A stretch of DNA of 64,000 nucleotides from Octopus sinensis. Its lineage: Eukaryota. Each line of letters begins with the position of its first letter. The stretch's first letter is position 1. A program made the position numbers and the translations under genes. The stretch is from the NCBI RefSeq assembly GCF_006345805.1, contig NC_042998.1, positions 118,978,001 to 119,042,000 on the forward strand, in the 5' to 3' direction. This document shows, in pieces, positions 56,103 through 64,000 of the stretch. The notes beneath the pieces were generated by a model, which did not search any database, was not told the DNA's origin, and worked only from the letters and a program-made list of their open reading frames with translations.

Positions 56103-56655
56103 AAATGCCCTGATACAGTACCAGGCAGTGGCTCTCGTGGCTACTGATCTTAACTGATTGGACGTGTTATCATGTACATTGTTTTGTCTTGATATAAAAG
56201 ATGGGCTACAGCAAATATTCTGCTCAATACCACAGATTTGCTTGTCAGTTGTTTGATCATAACCAGTTGAGCATGCCCCTTACTAGCTGACTATATGTGC
56301 ATCTCTGATCCCAAGCAGAAGGAGTGGGGGAGCATCATAGTCATGTGTTGAAAGGGATTCTTTGGGGTTTGAATAATTCACCTCTGGAAACATGGGTGTT
56401 TCGTTCAACATCCTTAAACATCCCTTATTCAGGGACTTTTTGAGCGGGATGGGCCCCACCTGCAAATTCTAACTGGGCCCCACCTGCACGGTCATGTGCT
56501 GTTTATCTTGATATAAGATCCCCATATCGCATATATATGGTTGGGATGCATGTTCCTAGTGTACCCTTATCAGATGGGTAGTCAGGATGGGTATACTGGG
56601 CTTTGTATATTTTACCCCAGTTTCACTTCGATGGCATGCACTGCTCAGTCATTCA
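56103..56655 (+). mobile_element. Non-coding ~550-bp element inserted in a (TAA)n array; putative non-autonomous R4/Dong partner
   Basis: (TAA)n on both sides; 5' end aaatgccctgat resembles the R4/Dong 5' end aaatgtcctgat at 26285. Confidence 0.6.
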
Positions 56656-56735
56656 ATAATAACAATAACAGCAGCAACAACAACAACATCGAAAAATACC
56701 TTAGGGTTGAGAACCCAGGTTCGAAATTTCCCCAA

Positions 56736-56781
56736 GACACCTGATGAAGGCTGGAGGGTATATCATCCGAAACGTTGTGTT
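56736..56781 (+). ncRNA. Minimal hammerhead ribozyme
   Basis: GACAC-CTGATGA-A-GGCTG(gagggtatat)CATCC-GAAA-CG-T-T-GTGTT; one stem II mismatch. Confidence 0.72.
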
Positions 56782-56870
56782 AACAACAAACAAGATGAGG
56801 ATAAATATGCGTCAAATGTAAACAATGTAAATAATGTACATCATCATCATCATCATCATCATCATTATTA

Positions 56871-56923
<53 letters not shown>

Positions 56924-57197
56924 AATAATAACAAAAATGTTCGAATCACGTGATACAAGTATATCTGTATATTTGCGAGTTTCAGCCGCAATGGTAAGTT
57001 AAATTTTTACTCGTTCCTCGATTCTCGTCAGCCTGTTGAATTTTCAGTATTTTTCGACTCTTATTTCTAGCAATACTGGTGCTTCGTGCACCCTCAATTA
57101 GAATTAATAATTAATTATGAATTTATGAATGTACCATTTTAGCTTTAATGCTATCTAGCCGCTTATATTAGTATTTATGATAATAGTATCTTTATGG

Positions 57198-57272
<75 letters not shown>

Positions 57273-57929
57273 ATACACACACACAGATATATATATATAT
57301 ATGTATCTATGTATGTATGTATATATGTATATATAATATATATTACACACATATACATATATATATGTATATATATTTATATATTTATATGTATATATAT
57401 ATTTATTTATTATAATATTATATTGGTATATATATATATATATGTATATATATTTATATATTATATATATATATATATATATAAATAAGTATATATATAT
57501 ATATATATATATATGCACCTCTGTATGTATCCTATAAAATGGAGAAGCATAAATTTCACCGATATCTGATACTGTAATTGCATCAAAATACTTTCATTAA
57601 GATATCATTAAATGTATAATTACATAGTTGTTATACAGGTTTAATTAATTGAAACTGTTAACTAACCCTGTCCTATATATTATGATATTTATGTCTTGAA
57701 TCTTCTTATATGTATTTGTGTTTATGGGTGAGTGTATCGATATACATAGATACACATACACATATCACACACACGCACGCACACGCACATATGTATATAT
57801 ATATAGATATACATATATACATTCATACATATATATACTACATAAATACATACATACATTCATACATACATATATATATATATAATATATATTATAATAT
57901 ATATATATATTATATATATATATATATAT

Positions 57930-57980
<51 letters not shown>

Positions 57981-57982
<2 letters not shown>

Positions 57983-59615
57983 CCCCATTAGCTCAACTAA
58001 TTAGGGAAAGAGTTTGTCTAGATGAGATGTAGTTTGGTTTCGTACCAGGTAGAAGCACCACTGGTGCTATATTTCTGGTAAGGCAACTGCAGGAAATATA
58101 CCTAGCCAAAGATACATCTCTGTACTTGGCTTTTGCTGAATTGGAGAAAGCATTTGACAGGGCACCTCGTTCCCTTATCTGGTGGTCAATGCGGAACTAG
58201 GAATAGACGAGTGGTTGGTGAGAGGTGTATAAGCCTTGTACAGAGACACTACCAGTAAGGCGAGGGTGGGCAATGAGTACGGCGAAGAATTCAGGGTCGA
58301 CGTAGGGATTCATCAAGGATCAGTTCACAGCACCCTCTTGTTCATCATAGTCCTCCAGGCAATAACATAGGAATTCAAGACAGGCTGCCCCTGGGAGCCC
58401 CTCTATGCTGACGACTTTGCTCTTATAACTGAATGACAATCAGAACTAGAGAAGAAGTTCCAGACAGATAAATCACAAATCCTTTCAGGTAGATGGCCCT
58501 ACACGATATGTAGAAAATACGTAGGTAGAAACTCTATAAATGCATCCGGTGTAAGCTTTGGACCCATAAAATATGCAGCAATATCAGTGGATGGCTAACA
58601 GGGAAAATAGCTTCTGCATGTGGAAGATGTACAGGCAAAATAACGTTGAAAATGTGTAGAAAATAGACTTCATCAACTGCCAAGGAGGCAATCTAGAGGT
58701 AGTAGATAACTTCCGTTATCTAGCTGACCAAGTTAGTAGCGGAGGTGGATGTCCGAGAGTGTAGCTGTGAGAATAATATTAGCCTGGGCAAATTTCAGAG
58801 AGCTCCTACCTTTGCTGGCAACAAACGGCCTATCTCTCAGAGTGAAAGGCAGATTGTATGATGCCTGTGTGCGTACAGCCATGCTACATGGCAGTGAAAC
58901 ACAAGCTGTGACAGCCAAGGACATGCGTAGGCTTGAAAGAAATGAAGCCAGTATACTTCGCCGGATGAGCAATGTAAGTATGCATGTTCGACAAAGTGTA
59001 AGCATGTATAAAGACATGTGTAAAGAAGTGCCGATCTATGGAGGGAACTGGTGTTAGAGGTAGACCCAGGAAGACATGGGATGAAGTGGTGAAGCATGAT
59101 CTTCGAATTTTAAACCTCACATAGAAAATGACTAGTGACCGAAACCTTTGATGATATATGCTTGAGAAGACCCGCCAAGCCAAGTGAAATCGTAGTCATA
59201 GCTGATGAGGTATCATGTAACTGGCACCCGTACCGGTGGCGTCTTTCCAGCGTTGGGCCTTACAGAGACAAAGTAGCTGAGTTCCTTTCGTGTGTTGGGC
59301 CGCACGGAGGGAATGACTGAGACCTCTGGCATTATGCTGAGCTTGAGAAGAAGACCCATCAAGCCAAGCAAAATCGCAGTCGTGGCAGACACCAGTGTCA
59401 TACAAATGGTACCTGTGTCTGTGGCACATAAAATCACCCATTACACTCTCGGGTGCTGGCGTTATCAAGGGCATCCAGCAGTAGAAACCATACCAAATCA
59501 GACTGGAATCTGGTGCAGCCTTCCAGTTTGCCAGCCCTGACCAAACCGTCCAATCCATACTAGCATGGACAACAGACATTAAATGATGATGATGATGATG
59601 ATGAGGATGATGATG
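57981..59615 (+). mobile_element. RTE-clade LINE, 5'-truncated
   Basis: FGFVPGRSTTGAIFLVRQLQE, ELEKAFDR, GIHQGS, LYADD, Cys-rich insert, VKGRLYDACVRTAMLHGSET, RGRPRKTWDEVVKHD; (GAT)n tail at 59584. Confidence 0.93.
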
Positions 59616-59842
59616 ATATATAAATGTATTTATATGTATGTGCGTATTTTTGCACGTACCAGTTTCCTTGTGATTTGGGTAAACACAGCTTTAGAAATTA
59701 ATTAATTTAGATTAATTATGTATCAGATTAATTATGTATCACAATTATGCTTTTCTGTTTTCACGCTAAATATATTACTCTTAACAATCTCTTTAGCCGA
59801 TCATTTATACATACACATATGTGTATGTGTGCGTGCGTATAC

Positions 59843-59845
<3 letters not shown>

Positions 59846-59873
<28 letters not shown>

Positions 59874-60037
59874 TGTATGTATGTATGTATGTATGTATGT
59901 ATGTATGTATGTATGAATGTATGTATGTATGTATGTATGCATTTATGTATGTATGTTTGTATGTTTGTATGTATGTATGTATGTATGTATGTATGTATGT
60001 ATTATGTATGTATGTATGTATGTATTGTGTATGTATG
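59846..60037. repeat. (TATG)n microsatellite
   Basis: Direct sequence. Confidence 0.95.
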
Positions 60038-60159
60038 TCCCCACTTGGATTTACTGGAATATAATAATGCATTGTAGTTTATCAACCTGTTATCAAATCA
60101 GCTATCGATTACTGCAGATATATTTTTTATCGCTTTTATTCCCATCTCTATACGGAGAA

Positions 60160-60214
<55 letters not shown>

Positions 60215-60298
60215 GTCGGTGGATCAAATATCTGAAAAAAACACACTCTAAAAGTTAGAGCAGTAATGTATTTACAAGGAATTAAATATGTCTGGTCG

Positions 60299-60362
60299 TA
60301 AAGTGATCAATGGTTTCGCTTCCATAAAGCGCTAAACTTTATAGACGACTCATCGGACTTTA
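60299..60362 (-). ncRNA. Hammerhead ribozyme (CCGAUGA variant) in inverted pLTR
   Basis: Reverse complement TAAAGT-CCGATGA-GTCGTCTATAAAG..CTTTATGGAAGC-GAAA-CCATTGA-T-C-ACTTTA. Confidence 0.75.
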
Positions 60363-61291
60363 ATTCGTGAGGATATATAATCTCCCTTCAAACTGGAGCT
60401 AGAAAACCGTTACAGTCAGTTAATTTGTAAACAAAACAACAATATACACTGCTTGAGCTCTAAACGGGGCAAGTTTGATGGAGGAGGCAGCAGCGGCAGA
60501 ACCACCAGCAACGACTGCGGCACCGGTATCAGCGATACGGCTGAAAATGACGACCACGCCAGCACCAGCAGTACCAGCGTAGCTACCAATCCCACACCCA
60601 GAATTAACAGCGACGGCAGGCACATCATCGGCATAGCAGCAACAACACTACGCCAGACCCATGCGCTGTAATAACAGCACTGATGACAGCTCCAACAACA
60701 GCAGCGCGACAACTCCATGCCCCAACCCAACAAAAGATACACAAGAAGCGTGAACACAACCAGCGCTCAAGTTCGGAGTGATATCTGGTCGGGCAGAACT
60801 GCCTTTAAGCGGCGCCTGTACAACCACAGTTCCTCATTTAGGGTTCTGGAAAGACGTTAAGTCACGCTTCTGTCCTGCTACGTGTGCCGCCTTAAGGATG
60901 TAGGAACTCCATACGAAATTAAATGGAGGATCATAGAGCAGACAGGGTTCTATATAAATGGGAGCAGACGATGCAAGCTTGTATAGCAGAGCAGGCAAGG
61001 ATCCTTAAAGACTTGCTGGACCGTGATCTCTCTTCAACTCAAGGCACGTGATGCATTATCCCTGCCCCTACTAACACAACCCGCTGCAGGCGTGGAATTC
61101 TCCGTTCGTACTTGCAGACCGGAACTAGCCTAAGGACAGAGATTCTTTGTACGCCCTTTAGGTCCGAACTAAGAGAGATAACTCGTCCCGTTTAAGGCTC
61201 AAACTGTATATCATTATTTTGTTTACAAATTAACTGACCTTAAGGGTTTTTCTACCTTCAGTTAGAAGAGAGATTACATGCCCTCAGCCAT

Positions 61292-61355
61292 TAGAATTTG
61301 ACGAGTCGTCTCTAAAGCTCAGCGCTTTATGGCTGCGAAACCATTGGTCATTCTA
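61292..61355 (+). ncRNA. Hammerhead ribozyme in 3' pLTR
   Basis: TAGAAT-TTGACGA-GTCGTCTCTAAAGC..GCTTTATGGCTGC-GAAA-CCATTGG-T-C-ATTCTA; GUC site, C3 changed to U. Confidence 0.75.
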
Positions 61356-61494
61356 TGACCGGACATGTATTTAACTTCATCTAATTAATATACATGTATC
61401 TCACTTCCCGAGCGTTAAACTATTACATCTGTTTGTTGTATAGACACCATACAATTAGATGAACTGAGGTAGAATTAAGAGGAATTAAATTAGG

Positions 61495-62313
61495 GAAACC
61501 ATTGCACCGGCAGATTTCCAAGATATAACCCCCCATCCCCATCCCCAGATCATCACAGATCCTCTTCTATGTTTAACAGTTGGAAGAAGACAGTCTGGGA
61601 CAAATGCTTCTTTTGTCTGTCTCCACACATATACTCGGCCGCTAGTCGGAAATAAGATAAAGGATGACTCGTCCGAGAAAATAACATTCTTCCACTGCTC
61701 TAGGGACCAATTCTATAGGTTTTTACTCAACTCTAAACGCTTTGCAACGTTTGTTTTTGAAAGTAGTGGTTTTCTGATTGCAGCCCTCCCGTGAAATCCG
61801 GGTTTGTGCAGCTCCCGGCGAAGAGCTTTTGGGGATACTGGGTTCTCGAGATGGTCATTAAGCTCTGCAGTAATTTGGGGATCTGTACTTTTGTGATACT
61901 TTCTAACAATTCGCGTAAGAGTCCGACGGTCCCTATCAGAAAATTTTGGTTTTCTTCCGGAGTTTTGTTTCGACGAAGATGTTTTTCCCCTCTTTCTCAA
62001 AGGCTGTCATTACTTTCGAGACAGTACTGCTTGATACACCAAACGGCTGTTTTCGTTACGCTAGCGCCTGCCATTTGACCTTTTTGAAAGCAATTTGACT
62101 TCTTTGAAAGTCCGATAGATCTCTCATTTTAATGAATTTTAATTACCTTTTTCTGATGATATCTGAAAAGAAACAGAACTTTTAGCAAAACATATTAAGC
62201 AACGCTAATAATAAATCAAAAAAGCATAAAAGCAAACAAGCTTTTGATGGTTTCATAGATACTTTAAAATTATAATGCTATGATGCTAGGTGTTTCCATT
62301 ATTTTGTCCAACC
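61495..62313 (-). mobile_element. Tc1-family transposon 5' portion
   Basis: SGRKPKFSDRDRRTL..RKPLLSKTNVAKRL..QWKNVIFSDESSF..PTVKH..SVMIWG; TIR-like ggttggacaaaataatggaaacacct. Confidence 0.92.
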
Positions 62314-62909
62314 TAATTTTCCGATATATGTTTCTGCTTAATTACTAAGAGTAAATCTATTATCATTAGTCAATTAAATAATCGTTATTAGCGAAATTCT
62401 TAGTTACATCATTTAAAAATAGTTATAAACTAAATCATTAAAATCGTTATTACTATTATGAACGTTAAAACATATTAAAAATAAAACAAGAATATATTAC
62501 GTATAATGGCAAGAAAAAATTAATTTCATAGAACGAATAGAAAGCGAAATAGAACAACAATGTCATTTCGGTGTTCTCATTCTTCTATTCCAAGCAGCTA
62601 AAGTTACAACATAATATAACGGAAATTTTATCTAAAAAATAACACATATAATCAATTCTAAAGATTCTTTATCTTAGTAAAATATTTACCTTATCTTTTA
62701 TATATGAACAATTGATACCTTATTTTTTATTAAATATGTCACACACATACATATATACATATACATACACGTATATATATTCATAATAATATCCTTATAT
62801 ATACACACATACAAATAGTTGCATATCTCCATACATGTTCACACTAACATACACACATGTTGATACACTTGCATACATGCATATATTATTGCACATATAC
62901 CACAATCCT

Positions 62910-63030
62910 TTCTCTCTAAGAACATAGGTTCGAAACGTCATAAACTGTTCCATTCTTCCTGAGCGTAACACTAATACACCTGCTTGTTGTTCCCTCACCT
63001 GGCTTCGTCTTTTGTTTTCTATAAATTTGA
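62910..63030 (+). mobile_element. Decayed relative of the 53835-54048 hammerhead element
   Basis: GAAC(atag)GTTC-GAAACGTC followed by ttcctgagcgt..taatac..cttgtt, as in the 53960-53985 region; CUGA core lost. Confidence 0.55.
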
Positions 63031-63049
63031 ACTGTGTGTGTGTGTGTCA

Positions 63050-63141
<92 letters not shown>

Positions 63142-63150
63142 ACTCGGTCA

Positions 63151-63381
63151 CTCGTTCGTTATCAAGGCAATCAAAAATGCTATGAAAGTGACCGTTTCTG
63201 AAGGAAAATTACTATGTTATTAAGATAAAAGAGCTACTATAATAACCCCTTCGATTTTTTCCCCTTGTTTAACGGTCATTCTAGTAGCTCTTTTGTCTTA
63301 ATAACGGTCAACTACGTAGTAATTTCCCTTTGTTTAACGGTCATTTTCATAGCATTTTTTATTGCCTTGATAACTAACGAG
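63151..63381. mobile_element. MITE/foldback element
   Basis: ctcgttcgttatcaaggcaatcaaaaatgctatgaaagtgaccgtt / aacggtcattttcatagcattttttattgccttgataactaacgag; inner arms also pair. Confidence 0.88.
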
Positions 63382-63463
63382 ATGCTGGAGCAATTTTCCA
63401 CCCCGACATCCGAAACTCGGAGTTTTATAATGGCAACCGAATAATTGTCACATTATATTACAG

Positions 63464-63491
<28 letters not shown>

Positions 63492-63495
<4 letters not shown>

Positions 63496-63610
63496 CCTTT
63501 AGTTAACTCTCCATAAAAGAGTTGTTTTGGCATCCTTGAATCCTTCATCCTGACCAAATGGCCATTCCATCTGAGCCTTTGCTTTGACCCAAGCCCTTCT
63601 ATACTTTCAC
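63492..63610 (-). mobile_element. RTE (BovB-like) 3' ORF fragment
   Basis: SIEG..KQRLRWNGHLVRMKDSRMPKQLFYGEL. Confidence 0.85.
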
Positions 63611-63827
63611 ATACATACATAAGCATATATATACACATATATAATATATATACATATTGGAACTTAATCACAAAGTACAGGAATCTTACATGTATACCAC
63701 TGTCCCTAAATAATGAAACTGAAGATACAATATCCCTGTATATCTCACGTCTATTTTTGTTCCGCCACTTCACTCTCTATTTCATATCTTATCTAGAATA
63801 ACTATAGCTTAACCATCTTCTCACAAC

Positions 63828-63875
63828 GTCTCCGATGAAGGGATACATAAAATATCCCGGAAACAGCTGTAAGAC
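63828..63875 (+). ncRNA. Minimal hammerhead ribozyme (CCGAUGA variant)
   Basis: GTCT-CCGATGA-A-GGGATA(cataaaa)TATCCC-G-GAAA-CAGCTG-T-A-AGAC; palindromic ACAGCTGT, GUA site. Confidence 0.8.
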
Positions 63876-64000
63876 ATTCTATTTATAAATGTTCTGAAAT
63901 CTTTCACAGCCTAGGAATTTTATCTCATTCTGTTAATTTATATATATATATATGCATATGTCTGTGTGTGTGCGTATGTGTGTGTGTGTGTGTGTGTGTG

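Larger units (their letters stand above)
55371..57126. mobile_element. Element bounded by ~190-210-bp inverted repeats containing nested insertions
   Basis: 55371-55584 aligns to the reverse complement of 56939-57126 (e.g. ttgctagaaataagagtcgaaaaatact, caacaggctgacga, tgcggctgaaa). Confidence 0.85.
60278..61378 (+). mobile_element. Penelope-like 3' fragment (GIY-YIG) flanked by inverted pLTRs
   Basis: TAFKRRLYNHSSSFR..LSCYVCRLKDVGTPYEIKWRIIE..GSRRCK..FNSR..CPY; 60278-60468 is the reverse complement of 61187-61378. Confidence 0.88.

Noticed and set aside
60416-60757. Hydrophobic minus-strand ORF
   Set aside because: Antisense of a low-complexity CAG/CAC-rich linker inside the Penelope relic.

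Overview
AT-rich eukaryotic (animal) non-coding DNA, saturated with (TA)n, (TG)n, (TAA)n, (GA)n and (TATG)n microsatellites and decayed transposons. The SINE/LINE repertoire looks like a cephalopod (Octopus-type) genome; this is an inference. No intact host gene is evident, and almost all short ORFs are microsatellite read-throughs. Recognisable elements: three R4/Dong-type RLE retrotransposons at (TAA)n arrays, a near-complete CR1-group LINE whose ORF1 has a Myb/SANT-like domain plus a CCCH finger, an RTE LINE, an L1/Tx1-type ORF1 relic, several Penelope-like (GIY-YIG) relics, Tc1/mariner relics and MITEs, and tRNA-derived SINEs. The most striking unannotated signal is about 10 well-formed and about 6 decayed minimal type I hammerhead ribozymes in 64 kb. 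They show natural C3:G8, U3:A8 and G3:C8 core isoforms, palindromic stem III and compensatory stem changes, and one appears coupled to a tRNA-like Pol III head. All folds were read by eye; none was computed or assayed.
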